64,000 bases of DNA, taken from assembly GCA_963816185.1 (NCBI GenBank), contig CAWFJJ010000030.1, positions 288,001-352,000 on the forward strand. Direction: 5' to 3'. A model generated the notes under the pieces. It did not search any database. It worked only from the letters and a program-made list of their open reading frames with translations, and was not told the DNA's origin. Of the stretch, positions 11,398 to 25,442 are shown one piece after another. Positions within the stretch are counted from its first letter, which is position 1. The number at the start of each line of letters is the position of its first letter. The position numbers were made by a program, and so were the translations under genes. The stretch comes from Thermoanaerobaculia bacterium (lineage in GTDB: Bacteria > Acidobacteriota > Thermoanaerobaculia > UBA5066).

Positions 11398-12688
11398 TTG
11401 CGCGCGGCGGAAGCGGCGCCCTGGTCTGCGGTGCGGAGCGCCGGCGGCACGCGCCTTTTCCCACCTCCACCTTCGTGCCGGCCTGCAGCTTGTCGACGCC
11501 TTCGGTCACGACGGTCTCGCCCGCGGAAAGGCCCTTGGCGACGGCGGTCGTGTCTCCCTCCGTGAGCCGCACCTCGACGGGGCGCGCGTCGACGGTCTGA
11601 TCCTCTTTCACGACGTAGACGAACGTGGACTGCGTGCTGCGCTGGATCGCGGCGTTCGGCACGAGGACGACGCCCTTGAGCGTGTCGATGAGGAGCCGCG
11701 GGTTCACGAACTGGTTCGGAAAGAGCCCGTCGTCGGAGTTCGGGAAGATGGCCTTGAGCTTCACCGTGCCGGTCGCCGTGTCGATCTGGTTGTCCACCGT
11801 CGCGAGCTCACCGGTCTCGAGCTTGTGCTTGAGGTCGCGGTCGAACGCGTCGACGGGCAGCTTCCGGCCCTGGCGGAGGCGGTCGCGCACCGCGTTGAGC
11901 TGGTCCTCGGGCAGCGTGAAGATGACGGCGATGGGCTGAACCTGCGTGAGGACGACGAGCCCGTTCGGGTCCGCGGCGTGCACCATGTTGCCGGCGTCCA
12001 CGAGCCGGAGCCCGGCGCGGCCGCTGATGGGCGCCGTGATGCGCGTGTATGTCAGGTTCAGCCGCGCGGCGTCGATCTGCCCCTGATCGGTCTTGAGGAC
12101 CGCCTCGCCCTGCGCGACGGTCGCGGCCTGCGTATCGAGCTGCTGCTTCGGAATCGAGTCCTGCGCCGCGAGAACCTGATAGCGCTCGAGGTCCAGCCTC
12201 GCGTTCCGGAGGACGGCCTCGTCCTTCGCCTTCTGCCCTTCGGCCTGCGTGAGCTGCACCTCGAACGGGCGCGGGTCGATCTCGGCCAGAAGGTCGCCCT
12301 TCTTCACGGTCTGCCCTTCCCGGAAGGCCACGTTCACGAGCTGCCCGTCCACGCGGCTCCTCACGGTGACCGTGTTCAGGGCCGTGACCGTCCCGAGCCC
12401 CGTCAGGTAGACGGGCAGGTCGCCCGTGCGCGCCACCGCGGTCACGACCGACACCGCCCGAGGACGCGCTTTCGCGTCCGCCTGGCGCTGCGCACTCTTT
12501 TTGCGAGCGCCGGTCAGAAAGATGACCGCAATGACCGCGAGGACCAGGGCGCCTACGATCCAGGGCCACCGGCGTGGCTTTCCGGAGGGTTGGTCCGGCG
12601 GCTCATCTGGCGGCTTTTCGTCCCTCTCATCCCGGTTTTCTTCCGGCCGGTGCTCCTGCGGGGACGACTTCGCGGCGTTCTCCGGCAC
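11394..12688 (-). CDS. mdtA: RND periplasmic adaptor MdtA-like (frameshift near 11450)
   Basis: TM anchor, then [44 protein letters not shown] at 11394-11396 overlaps the mdtB ATG if one base is restored. Confidence 0.87.
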
Positions 12689-12942
12689 GCGTTTCTCGGG
12701 CTGCGCGGCAGCCTTCGCCGCAGGCGGGACCGGAGGAGCTTCGGTCTCGGGTGGGGCTCATTTGTTCCTCGGGACCGGGACACAACCCGGATTCTGGACG
12801 TGGGGGGGGCAAGTGCAAGTTCCGGACCCTCTCGGCGGAAAGGATTTTCAAGACGCGTAGTTTAGCGTCGCCGGCCGGGACCGTTGACTCCGGACAGCTC
12901 GAGTGTCCTATTGGTTTCAAAGCACGAGAAAAAGGAGATCCC

Positions 12943-13896
12943 ATGAGACGCTTCCTTCCTCCGCTTGCGCTGACGGCGCTCGCCCTAGTCTCTTCGTGCG
13001 CTCGCAGCCGCGGACCGCCGGATGCTCGCTCCTTCACCGTCTTCGTCGACTCTCGGCGGGGAAACGACGGGCACAACTGCGGGACCATCGCCAATCCGTG
13101 TAAGACGTTTCAGTTCGCCGTGGACTACGTCGCCGCGCTCGGGAAGGTGATCGCCGAAGGAGTCCGGCGAGTAAGGCGCGCTCAGCATCACCAAGGCCGT
13201 CACCGTAGAGGCTGCGGCCGGCGTCAAGGCTCTCATTGCGACAGCGTCGGGCACGGGGATCGACATTTACGCGCGGCGACACCGAACGGTCACGGTGAAG
13301 GGACTGACTCTCGTGTCGCAGCGTTCCCTTCCGGCCTCGGTCCAGGGCATCCACTTCGTCGGGGGCCACGCGCTGCGCGTCGAGGGGTGCATCATCGACG
13401 GATACGCGATCGGCATCTGGGCGGTCGCGCCGGCGCCCGCCCTCCTGTCCGTGAGCGACACGATCTTTCGTTCCTGTTACTTTGGGTCGAGCTTCGGCTC
13501 ACCTTCGTCAATGATGCACGGCTCGTTCGACCATTGTCGCTACGAGGACGGCATCTCCGGTTTCCTCCTGCAGGAGAACGGAGTCGGCGTGGTGTGGGAC
13601 TCCGTCTTCACTGGGATGCAGGCGGCGGGTCTCGGGGCGTCGGCGGGGCCCCCGGAACCAGAGTTGAGCTGAATCTGGAGAACTGCCTCATCGCCCACAA
13701 CGGAGACACCGGCATCCTTTCTTCCGGCAGAAACGGGGGATCGGCGACGATTCGAATCTCCGGCTGCACGATCGCCGATAAAGGCAACGGCGTAGTCGCG
13801 TCCCAGGGCGGGGTCGTCCTCTCGCGTGGCAACAACAGGATCGAAGGGAATGGGAAGGACGTCGTAGGAACTCTGGGAAATTACGCGGGGAAGTAG
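12943..13896 (+). CDS. Exported right-handed beta-helix (pectin-lyase-like) protein, broken by two or more frameshifts
   Basis: AAGGAG RBS, signal/lipobox (VSSC), GNDGHNCGTIANPCKTFQFA motif, beta-helix-like repeats across ORFs 13295..13672 and 12574..13896, ending SRGNNRIEGN. Confidence 0.6.
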   Translation: MRRFLPPLALTALALVSSCARSRGPPDARSFTVFVDSRRGNDGHNCGTIANPCKTFQFAVDYVAALGKVIAEGVRRVRRAQHHQGRHRRGCGRRQGSHCDSVGHGDRHLRAATPNGHGEGTDSRVAAFPSGLGPGHPLRRGPRAARRGVHHRRIRDRHLGGRAGARPPVRERHDLSFLLLWVELRLTFVNDARLVRPLSLRGRHLRFPPAGERSRRGVGLRLHWDAGGGSRGVGGAPGTRVELNLENCLIAHNGDTGILSSGRNGGSATIRISGCTIADKGNGVVASQGGVVLSRGNNRIEGNGKDVVGTLGNYAGK

Positions 13897-13907
13897 CCGC
13901 CGCGCGC

Positions 13908-14282
13908 TCAGTAAGGCATCTCGTCGTCCTCGAGCCCGAAGTAATGCCCGAGCTCGTGGACGAGCGTGTCCTTGATCTCCTTCACGGCTTCCCGATTGCT
14001 CCTCGTGTTGCGCAGGATCGGGCCGCGGAAGACGACGGCCTGCGGCGGAAGAGCCGGGAGCATGTCCCACGACATCTCCGTGCGCATCGGCCCGCGGAAG
14101 ATGCCGAAGAGATCCTCGTCGTCGGGCGTCCCCGTGAGCTCGTAATCCTCGTCGGTCGGCTCGTCCTCGACCGCGATGACGACGTTCTCGAGGCGCGACC
14201 GGAAGAGCTCCGGAAGCTCTTCGATCGCCTTTTCGACCAGCGTCTCGAACTCGGCGCGGGAGAGGCGCGGCGGGCGAGCCAC
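13908..14282 (-). CDS. Zincin-like metallopeptidase family protein (DUF1025-type)
   Basis: GTG start with AGGAG RBS; FETLVEKAIEELP...LENVVIAVEDEP; TLVHELGHYFGLEDD. Confidence 0.85.
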   Translation of the reverse strand: MARPPRLSRAEFETLVEKAIEELPELFRSRLENVVIAVEDEPTDEDYELTGTPDDEDLFGIFRGPMRTEMSWDMLPALPPQAVVFRGPILRNTRSNREAVKEIKDTLVHELGHYFGLEDDEMPY

Positions 14283-14293
14283 GAGAACCTCTC

Positions 14294-15118
14294 CTACTGC
14301 ACCCGGAACAGCCGCCTGAAGTTGTCCGTCGTGACGCGTGCGACCTCTTCGACGGGCAGCTGTTTCAACTCGGCCAGCTTCGCGGCCGTGCGCGGCAGGA
14401 ACGACGACTCGTTCGGTTTGCCCCTGAACGGCGTGGGCGCGAGATAGGGCGCGTCCGTCTCGAGAAGCATCGACGCGAGCGGCAGAGCGGCCGCTGCGTC
14501 CCGGACGTTCTCCGCTGACTTGAACGTGAGCATCCCCGAGAAGCTGACGAGGTAGCCGACCGCGAGCGCCCGCTGCCCCGTCACCGCATCCGCACAGAAG
14601 GAATGGAAGACGCCGCACAGATTCTCGGGATCTCCGGGCGCGAGGTGCTCGAGGATCGGGAGGAGGTCCTGCTCGGATTCGCGGTTGTGAAGGAGGACGG
14701 GCAGCCCTTTCTCCCGCGCGAAGCGCAGCTGCGCCTCGAGGGCGTAGCGCTGCGCTTCCTTCGGCGAATGGTCGTAGTGGTAGTCGAGGCCGATCTCCCC
14801 GACCGCGACGACCTTCTTCGATGCCGAGAGCTCCTCGAAGAGCTTCAGATCCACGTCCTCGTCGAACTCCTTCGCCTCGTGCGGGTGGATTCCGACGGCC
14901 GCGAAAACGCCGTCGTACTGCTCGGCGATGTCGACGGCCAGGCGCAGGTCGTCGCGATGGGTTCCGGGCACGAGGATGCGCGTGACGCCAGCGTCCTTCG
15001 CGCGGGTCACGAGCTCCTTCACCTCGGCCGCGGTCGGCGCCCGCGGAGCGCCCTTCATCTCGCCGCCCTCGAACACCATCGTGAGGTGCCCGTGCGAATC
15101 CGCGTATTCGGCTGTCAT
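14294..15118 (-). CDS. tatD: TatD family hydrolase
   Basis: DSHGHL, GIHPH, VGEIGLDYHY, LHNRE, ETDAPYLAP. Confidence 0.92.
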   Translation of the reverse strand: MTAEYADSHGHLTMVFEGGEMKGAPRAPTAAEVKELVTRAKDAGVTRILVPGTHRDDLRLAVDIAEQYDGVFAAVGIHPHEAKEFDEDVDLKLFEELSASKKVVAVGEIGLDYHYDHSPKEAQRYALEAQLRFAREKGLPVLLHNRESEQDLLPILEHLAPGDPENLCGVFHSFCADAVTGQRALAVGYLVSFSGMLTFKSAENVRDAAAALPLASMLLETDAPYLAPTPFRGKPNESSFLPRTAAKLAELKQLPVEEVARVTTDNFRRLFRVQ

Positions 15119-15131
15119 TCCGGGAGCGCCA

Positions 15132-15955
15132 TCAGCGCAGGCGCGAGCCGGGCGAGGCCGGATGCCGTGCGTAGTAGTCCACGATCGCGTTCCACGCCTC
15201 GGCGCCGCCCTCGGCCCAGGAAATGAGATCCAGATCCTCGCGCGCGATCCCGCCCTCGTCGACGAGGAGCTGCCAGTTGATGAGCTTCTCCCAGTACGCG
15301 CGGCCCACGAGGACGATCGGGACGCGCTTCATCTTCCCGGTCTGGACGAGCGTGAGCGTCTCGAAGAGCTCGTCCAGCGTGCCGTAGCCGCCCGGGAATG
15401 CGACGAGCGCGCGGGCGCGCATGAGGAGGTGCATCTTGCGGATGCCGAAATAGTGGAACCGGAAGCAGAGCGACGGCGTTATGTAGGCGTTCGGCCACTG
15501 CTCGTGCGGAAGCTGGATGTTGAAGCCCACGGTCTTGGCGCCGGCGTCCCAGGCGCCGCGGTTCGCGGCCTCCATCGCGCCCGGGCCGCCGCCCGTCGTG
15601 ATCACGAAGTCGCTCATCCCGTCCACCTGGCAGCTCGTAGAGGCGATGCGCCCCAGCTCCCGCGCCTCCGCGTACCACCGGTCTCCCTCCTTGAGACGCG
15701 CGCCGCCGAAGACGACGATCGTCGTCCGGATCCCCTGCTGGTCCAGCTGGAAGTCCGCCTTCTCGAGCTCGAGCATGAGCCGCACGCCGCGCAGCTCGCG
15801 GCGCGCGAGGAACGCGAGGTCCTCCTGCGCCAGCGCGTACGTCGGCGACGCGAGGATGGCGTCGAGATTCGCCTTCGCCGAAGGGTCGGCCGGGACCGGG
15901 GGCGTGGGCGGCGGCGGCCGGTGCGTGTTGTCGTCGTGCCGTTGCGGTTTGACAC
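15132..15955 (-). CDS. LOG family (TIGR00730-type) nucleotide phosphoribohydrolase
   Basis: ITTGGGPGAMEAANRGA and FPGGYGTLDELFE; start uncertain (possible 5' frameshift). Confidence 0.85.
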
Positions 15956-18087
15956 TTACTTGACCTTCGACCCCGAGGGGACGGCCGCGTCGACCATGAG
16001 AAGCGAAGCCTCGCCCGTCTCGGGGAAAGTCGCGGCGAGGATCATCCCGTTCGACTCGACGCCCATGAGCTTCGCGGGCTGGAGGTTCGCGACGAAAACG
16101 AACTTCCGGCCGACGAGCTGATCGGCCGTGTACGCCGTCGCGATGCCGCCGACGATCGTTCGCACTTCCTCGCCGAGCTTCACGGTCATCTTCATCAGCT
16201 TCTTCGACTTTTCGACCTTCTCGGCCGCGATCACCTCTCCCACGCGGAGATCGATCTTCATGAAGTCGGAGATTGAGATTTTGCTTTCGGACGGGAGTGG
16301 GCGAGGCCGAAGTCATTGCTTGCTGCGCAGGAGTGGCAGGTGATGGTGGATTTTGCTTAGAAGGTAAATATCCCGAGCCGTCGGGCGCTGTCAGCGCGCC
16401 CGTGCTCCGCCGGCCGCCGGCCGCCCGCGGCGGCGCCTGCCAAGACACGCCCTTCGAAGAATCTTCCTTCACGTTTTCGGAAGCCACTGACCTCTCCTTC
16501 TTGGCGCTGCCCTCGCCCGCGCCTCTGGAAGCAAAATATTCTCTCGCGTCCGCCCTCGGAAAGAGGGGCGGCGCGGATGGAAGCGGGGCGCTCAGAGGAA
16601 GCTGGCCCCATGCGAGGTCGCTCGGGCGCAAGTCCTCCGCATGCCTGTCGATGCCGAGTCGGCGAAGCACTTCAGTCGCGGTGCTCGGGGTGATCGGTGC
16701 GAGCATCACGGCCGCGAGGCGAAGGCCTTCGAGGCAGTCGAAGAGAATGCCGGACCGGAAATCGGAGGTTTTTCGAATGAGTGTTCCGCCGGGCGCGCCA
16801 CGGCTCGTTCGTCGTGATGTAGCTGTCGATCGCGCCGAGGAGCGCGCGAATCTCCCCCGCGGCGTCCTGCAGCCGATAGCCCTCGAACGCCGCCCGCCAG
16901 CGGGAAACCGACGACGCGGCAGTCTCCGGCCATTCGAAGGAATTCTTCTTCGTGCTCTTTCTCGGCGGCGTCTTGCCCTCGAAGAAATCCCTCGACATCT
17001 TCACGGCACGCGAGAGCGTGTTGCCGAGGCCGTTCGCGAGGTCCGCGTTGTAGCCGGCGAGGAAATCCTCGTCGGAGAAGCTCGCGTCCTGCCCGAACGA
17101 CATCGCCGAGACGAGGTGCCAGCGCAGGGCATCCACGCCGAACGCAGCGACGAGATCGTCGGGGCGCACGACGTTGCCCGTGGATTTGGACATCTTCCTC
17201 GCGTCGCGGAGCCACCAGCCGTGGCTCACGACCTGCCGCGGGACGTCGAGGCCGGCCGACATGAGGAAGGCGGGCCAGTAGACCGCGTGGAACCGCAGAA
17301 TGTCCTTCCCGATGACGTGGATGCCAGGCCAGTAGCGCTCGTAGAGCGACTCGTCTTTCGAGCCGAAGCCGAGCGCGGTGATGTAGTTCACGAGCGCGTC
17401 GAGCCACACGTAGACGACGTGGCCCGGCCGGCCCGGGAACGGGATGCCCCACTTGATGGACGTCCGCGAGACCGAAAGGTCCTTGAGCCCGGACCCTACG
17501 AACGAGCGAACCTCGTTGAGGCGGCTTTCGGGGTAGACGAAAGGCTGACCGTCGGCGCCTTTCGCCCGGTACAGCTCGAGCAGGCGGTCGCCGTAGCGCG
17601 AGAGGCGGAAGAAGACGTTGTCCTCCTTCTGCAGCTCGAGCGTCGTGCCGTGGACGGGACACTTTCCCTGCACGAGGTCCTTCTCCGGGTAGAACGCCTC
17701 GCAGGGCGCGCAATACCAGCCCTCGTGCGAGGCCGTGTAGAGGTCGCCCGCCGCGTCGATGCGCCGGATGATCTCCTCGACGCCCACGCGGTGCCGCGGC
17801 TCGGTCGTCCGGATGAAATCGTCGTTCGCGACCCCGAACTCTTTCCAGAGATTCCGGAAGGTCGGCGCGTGGCGGTCGGCCACGACGATCGGGGCGACGC
17901 CCTCTTTCTTGGCGACCTTCTCGATGTTCTGGCCGTGCTCGTCGGTGCCGGTCAGAAACCGCACGTCCTCGCCCGCGAGGCGGAAATATCGGGCAAGCGT
18001 GTCCGTGACGACCGTCGTGTAGAGATGCCCGATGTGAGGCCGGTCGTTGACGTAGTAGATCGGGGTCGTGAAGTAGCGGCGCGCCAT
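15956..18087 (-). CDS. metG: Methionyl-tRNA synthetase (frameshifted in this assembly)
   Basis: TTPIYYVNDRPHIGH, GTDEHG, YVWLDAL, KMSKS in 16672..18087; anticodon-binding part in the 15132..16709 frame; C-terminal tRNA-binding OB domain in 15956..16261. Confidence 0.93.
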
Positions 18088-18189
18088 GAAGAATCGAGGA
18101 TACCGCGGGTGTTGGTGTGAGTGGTGAGAGAGTGGTAGGAGTTGGGTGGGTTGAGGTAGTCTCCCTAGAAGAAGATAGAACGGATAGAA

Positions 18190-20898
<2,709 letters not shown>

Positions 20899-20923
20899 GC
20901 TCTGGAGTCGAGAGGCCGGGCGC

Positions 20924-21049
20924 TCAGGCCCGCATGGCCGTCACGGCCTCGGCAACGCGGCCCCCGATCGCGAGAGAGGCCGTGGACGCGGGCGAGGGCG
21001 CGTTCAGGACGTGGACGATCTGCCCGTGGGGAACAAGGACGAAGTCGTT
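20924..21049 (-). pseudogene. Diverged duplicate of the lhgO 3' end
   Basis: Minus strand reads [41 protein letters not shown], versus lhgO [42 protein letters not shown]. Confidence 0.85.
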
Positions 21050-21085
21050 CGAGCATGAAGTGCGGGCAGCGCGGATGGGGGAAGG

Positions 21086-23761
21086 CTACTTCTCCACGTC
21101 GGACGGCCAGTTGACGACGACGCTCAGGGGAAGCTCGTCGGCCAGCTTTTCCGGGACCACGGCTAGGAAACGCTTGCCGTCCGGGGAGACATCGAAAGCG
21201 ATCCAGCTCAACCGCCCCTTCAGCTCGAAAAGCGGCTTCGGCGCACCCAGCTGGAGCGACGGGTAGGTCTTGACCGGGACCGACGTCATGTGCCGGTCGC
21301 CGGCCAGGTAGAGGAGCTCGTGACCGTCGCGGCTCCAGCGCACGATTCTCGCGCCTCCCGTCGACACGCGCGTCTTCTCCCCGGGCCCCGGAAACGGCAT
21401 TACATAGGCCTCGGGCTGCCCCGACTCGCCGGAGACGAACGCGAGGAAGCGGCCGTCGGGCGAAAATCGTGCATCGTCCTTCAAGGAAGCCGCTTCGAGG
21501 AGCCGGCGCGGCTTTCCCTCTCCCGAGAGCGGAAGCGCCCACATGTCGAACGAGCCCCTGTCCCGCCTCTCGAAGTACACGAGCGTCCGGCCGTCCGGCG
21601 AGATGTCACCGACGACCTGAAAGCCACCCTCCGGGAGGAGCTCTTTCTCCGTGCCGGTCGCAAGGTCCCGACGCACGAGACGAGGGGGCGACCCCTTCAC
21701 CGCCGAGAAAAGAACGCTCTTTCCGCCGGGAAGCCAGATTGCCGCGAACTCGCTGTCCGGTGAAGACGTCACGCGGGTCTCGACGTTTCGCTCGACGTCG
21801 TACGACCAGACGTCGAACGTCCCGAGATCGGCTCGGGCGCGATCGAAGAGAACGGGGCGGCCGTCCGCCGGGATCCGGACGCCGAGATATTCGGCGGGCA
21901 TCCCGATCGTCCCGAGCTCACGGCCCGTCCGGTCGAACCACACGAGGCGATAGACGTCGTCTTGCGGCTGAAACGCGAGGGCACCCCCACGGGACGTGGT
22001 GAACGAACCCGCGGCCGTCGACATGAAGTATCGGACGTGGTCCGCGATCGAAAACGGCCGTCCCGACAGACGCCCGCTACCCGCGTCGAACGGCTGGCCG
22101 AGGAGAACGCCGTCTTTCACGAAAACGAGATAGCCCGGATCGGAGTACTGAACCATCGAGGCCGCGGCCAGCACGAGACGAGCTGGCCGTCCGGGCTCCT
22201 TCAGCATGACTTTTCCTCCGCCCACGACGCGCGCGTAGAAAAGGAACCTCTCGCCGTCCGGCAGGAACCAGGGCCAGACGACCCGCGTTTCGCCGACCGA
22301 GGCGTCGGGTTTCAGAATCGCGGCCGGGGTGCCGCCGGACGCGGAGACGCGATAGATCGCATCGCCTTGGGCGCTGGCGAAAAGGATGTCGCCACCGCGT
22401 CCCCAGGTTCCCGACTTGCCGCTTCCACCGGCGACCTCGCAGACCGAAACGGGCGCACCTCCCGGAACGTCGAGACGCTTCAGGTTGTTCGCGGCGAAGA
22501 ACCCGATCGACACTCCATCGGGGGACCAGAAGACCGACCGGGCTCCCTCAGTGCCCGCCAGCGGTCGCGGCTCGAAGCCGGACAGGGCCCGGAGCCAGAC
22601 GCGCCGCCCTCCTTTCGGATCCGAGGCGATGTACGCGAGCTTCGATCCGTCCGGTGAGAAGGCGAGGCTCGTCGACTCGAGGTCAAATGAGAAGGACCCA
22701 TTCTCAGGGGGCGGGATCGTGAAGCGGATGGACTTCGCGGGCGCGACGCGCGAGGGGCTTCTCAGCAGAAAAGCGGCCGAGGCGGCGAGAACAAGGCCGG
22801 CGACGCAGGCTCCCGCGACCGTCCAGACGACGCGGCGACGCGGGCGGCGGCCCGTAACAGCCGCCGCCGAAAGCGAAGCCCCCGACGACATTTCGAGGCC
22901 GAAGGCGAGGTCCTCCGCCGACTGAAAGCGCTTTTCCGGCCTCTTGTCGAGGCAGCGCGCGACAATCTCCGAGAGCGCCGGCACCACGGCGAGCGGCGGC
23001 TCCGAAAGCGGCGAGGGCTCGTGCCTGAGGATCGCCGTCATCGTCTCGGCGGACGTCGCGGACCGGAAGGGGTTCGTCCCCGAGAGCAGCTCGTAGAGGA
23101 TCGTCCCGAAGGTGAAGATGTCGGAGCGCCCGTCGACGGGCTCTCCGAACACCTGCTCCGGCGACATGTAGCTTACGGTCCCGAACACGGTTCCCGCTTC
23201 CGTGAGAAGCGACCGCGTCCCGGCCGACGTGGGGTCGTCACCGGCGGTGGCCTGCGGCAAGAGCTTCGCGAGGCCGAAGTCGAGGATCTTGACCCGGCCG
23301 TCTCTCGACAGGACGATGTTCTCGGGCTTGAGGTCCCGGTGGACGATCCCTTTCTCGTGCGCGGCGGCCAGGCCCTTCGCGATCTGAACTGCGATCTCCA
23401 CGGCCTTGCGTACCGGCAGCGCCCCGTCTCGCATCCGCTCGCGCAGCGTGTCGCCCGCCACGAGCTCCATGACGAGCAGGTGACGGCTGGAGGAACCAGG
23501 AGACCCCGGAGAACCAGGGATTTCTTCGAATGAATAGATGGCCGCGATGTTCGGATGATTCAGCGCCGCAAGCAGCTTCGCTTCTCTTTCGAAGCGGGTG
23601 ACCCGTTCCTTGTCTTCGAAGAATTCCTCCGGCAGGACCTTGACCGCAACCTCGCGGCCAAGCCGCGCGTCACGGGCTCTGTAAACCTCTCCCATCCCGC
23701 CGGCACCGAGGGGCGAGAGGATCTCGTACGGGCCGAGCTTCGAACCTGGTGCGAGCGTCAA
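21086..23761 (-). CDS. Ser/Thr protein kinase, TM helix, TolB/PD40 beta-propellers
   Basis: [31 protein letters not shown]; one TM helix; repeated SPDG motifs. Confidence 0.93.
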   Translation of the reverse strand: MTLAPGSKLGPYEILSPLGAGGMGEVYRARDARLGREVAVKVLPEEFFEDKERVTRFEREAKLLAALNHPNIAAIYSFEEIPGSPGSPGSSSRHLLVMELVAGDTLRERMRDGALPVRKAVEIAVQIAKGLAAAHEKGIVHRDLKPENIVLSRDGRVKILDFGLAKLLPQATAGDDPTSAGTRSLLTEAGTVFGTVSYMSPEQVFGEPVDGRSDIFTFGTILYELLSGTNPFRSATSAETMTAILRHEPSPLSEPPLAVVPALSEIVARCLDKRPEKRFQSAEDLAFGLEMSSGASLSAAAVTGRRPRRRVVWTVAGACVAGLVLAASAAFLLRSPSRVAPAKSIRFTIPPPENGSFSFDLESTSLAFSPDGSKLAYIASDPKGGRRVWLRALSGFEPRPLAGTEGARSVFWSPDGVSIGFFAANNLKRLDVPGGAPVSVCEVAGGSGKSGTWGRGGDILFASAQGDAIYRVSASGGTPAAILKPDASVGETRVVWPWFLPDGERFLFYARVVGGGKVMLKEPGRPARLVLAAASMVQYSDPGYLVFVKDGVLLGQPFDAGSGRLSGRPFSIADHVRYFMSTAAGSFTTSRGGALAFQPQDDVYRLVWFDRTGRELGTIGMPAEYLGVRIPADGRPVLFDRARADLGTFDVWSYDVERNVETRVTSSPDSEFAAIWLPGGKSVLFSAVKGSPPRLVRRDLATGTEKELLPEGGFQVVGDISPDGRTLVYFERRDRGSFDMWALPLSGEGKPRRLLEAASLKDDARFSPDGRFLAFVSGESGQPEAYVMPFPGPGEKTRVSTGGARIVRWSRDGHELLYLAGDRHMTSVPVKTYPSLQLGAPKPLFELKGRLSWIAFDVSPDGKRFLAVVPEKLADELPLSVVVNWPSDVEK

Positions 23762-23779
23762 GTTAGGAGGAGTCTCATT

Positions 23780-24544
23780 TTATGATCGACCGGGCCGGCG
23801 GACCGCCGATCTCGTCGTGGCGCTTCGCGGCGACATCCGAAAAACGAGCGCGACTTCGCCCAGGAGGATCAGGTCGCGGTCCGCGAGCGGGGTTGGAGCG
23901 CCAATGCGCATGCCGCGCACGAACGTACCGTTCTTGCTCCCGAGATCCTCGAGCACCGCGGTATCCCCTGTCAGAAGGATCCGCGCGTGCCGGCGGGAGA
24001 CGGTGTCGAGGTCGACCTGGAACGACGCATCCGGATCCCTTCCCACGACGTTTTCGCCCTGGGCCAGCCGGAACTTCTCGCGAGCGCGGTGAAGGTAACA
24101 CTCGCCAAGCTCCTCCTGCGACCGGATCGAGCCGCCGGGGCGCGGCAGCCGCCTCACGGCGCCGACGAAGCGATAGCCGACGCGCGGCACCGTCTCGATG
24201 AGCTCGCCGCCCTCGCTCGCGTCTCCGAGCGCCTTTCTGAGGAGCCAGATCGTCTGGGTCAGCGTCGCATCGGTGACGATCGTGCCGGACCAGAGCTCCC
24301 TGAGCAGCCCCTCGCGATCCAGCAGCTCCCCGGAGCGCCGGACCAGTAGCACGAGCGCATCGAACACCTTCGGGGTCAGGGAGATTTCGGTCCCGGCTCT
24401 GAGAAGAACGTGCTCTCTCTCGTCCAGGCGAAAGGCCCCGAACTCCCAGATCGAATCGTCGGAAGCCTTCATCTCCTCTTCCGGCATCGATTCTTGCTCT
24501 GACGAAGGCCCCAAGTAAACGTGATCGAAACGTGAGTCCGCCAT
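23780..24544 (-). CDS. OmpR/CadC-type winged-helix regulator with C-terminal FHA domain
   Basis: FGAFRLD...LTPKVFDAL...LRKALGD...IETVPRVGYRF, then VVGR, VSRRHARI, EDLGSKNGTFV. Confidence 0.88.
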   Translation of the reverse strand: MADSRFDHVYLGPSSEQESMPEEEMKASDDSIWEFGAFRLDEREHVLLRAGTEISLTPKVFDALVLLVRRSGELLDREGLLRELWSGTIVTDATLTQTIWLLRKALGDASEGGELIETVPRVGYRFVGAVRRLPRPGGSIRSQEELGECYLHRAREKFRLAQGENVVGRDPDASFQVDLDTVSRRHARILLTGDTAVLEDLGSKNGTFVRGMRIGAPTPLADRDLILLGEVALVFRMSPRSATTRSAVRRPGRS

Positions 24545-24602
24545 AGAGGCGCGCGGGCGATCCGGGCGCCAGATTCCGGTGCATGGTCGAAAGGAGAACA
24601 AA

Positions 24603-25409
24603 ATGAGAATCTCGTTCGGGAAGAAAGTCATGATGGCGTTCGCGGCGGTATTGACGCTGGCAACAAGCGTCGCGCGCGCCCAGGCCGATGGCGACGGCTG
24701 CTCCGACGCCACATTGACCGGTTCTTATGCTTTCCGGGTTTCCGGGCAGATCTTCGGACCCAACGGCACCGTCATCCTGCGCGAAGGCGTCGCGATGACC
24801 TCCTTCGATGGTCAGGGCAGGCTCACTCAGGCCGACTTCGTCATGGCCAACGGCGTGCCCCTTTCCGGCCCGACCGATCCCGTCACCGGCTTCCACATTG
24901 ACGAAACGGGGACGTATCACGTCAATTCCGACTGTACCGGCAATGCCGAAATCGATCTCGCTGCACCTCCCGGCTCGACCGGTGCGGTGATCAAGCTCAT
25001 GTTCGTTCTCAGCGACCAGGGCCGCAAGATCCACACGATCGTTTCCGAGCTCATCCCGCCCGGATCGACGCAGCCCGTGGCCGTATCGATCCACAGCGAT
25101 GCGGAGAAACTCATCGAGCCGCAGCTCCACGCGCCGACCGCCTTGTCGAAGGAAGCGCCTCCGAGCAGGAATCTCGGCTGGACGCCGCCGGACAATCTCA
25201 CATCCGGGGACGCCGTGACTTACAACCTGTCGCTGACAGGAGGAAACGGTTCCTGCACGTCAGGATGTCTGATCCACCCGGGAGCACCGTCGTGGTACTC
25301 GATCGGCGCTTCGGTGGGATCCGGCAGCTTTACGTGGACCTTGCAGGCGGTCTCCGCGTCACGGCCGTATGCAGCACCGGTAGCTGGGCCGAACTTCACA
25401 CTGCCATAG
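24603..25409 (+). CDS. Secreted hypothetical protein with a possible FN3-like C-terminal domain
   Basis: AAGGAG RBS, signal peptide ending ARA-QA, CSDATLTGSYAF and VNSDCTG Cys pair; tail LGWTPP...VTYNL...WTLQAV. Confidence 0.65.
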   Translation: MRISFGKKVMMAFAAVLTLATSVARAQADGDGCSDATLTGSYAFRVSGQIFGPNGTVILREGVAMTSFDGQGRLTQADFVMANGVPLSGPTDPVTGFHIDETGTYHVNSDCTGNAEIDLAAPPGSTGAVIKLMFVLSDQGRKIHTIVSELIPPGSTQPVAVSIHSDAEKLIEPQLHAPTALSKEAPPSRNLGWTPPDNLTSGDAVTYNLSLTGGNGSCTSGCLIHPGAPSWYSIGASVGSGSFTWTLQAVSASRPYAAPVAGPNFTLP

Positions 25410-25442
25410 TCCGCGCGATCGAGGTGTACCGGGACAGGGCTC

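Noticed and set aside
8261-12688. Apparent 1475-aa MdtA-MdtB fusion
   Set aside because: The middle is out-of-frame nonsense. Two single-base indels explain it, and ATGA overlaps mark the real gene boundaries.
12812-12830. GG-N10-GC on the minus strand upstream of mdtA
   Set aside because: Poor match to the -24 consensus and no supporting enhancer motif.
15956-18087. metG as a pseudogene or programmed frameshift
   Set aside because: It is an essential gene with intact motifs, and similar indels hit many unrelated genes, so sequencing error is the simpler explanation.
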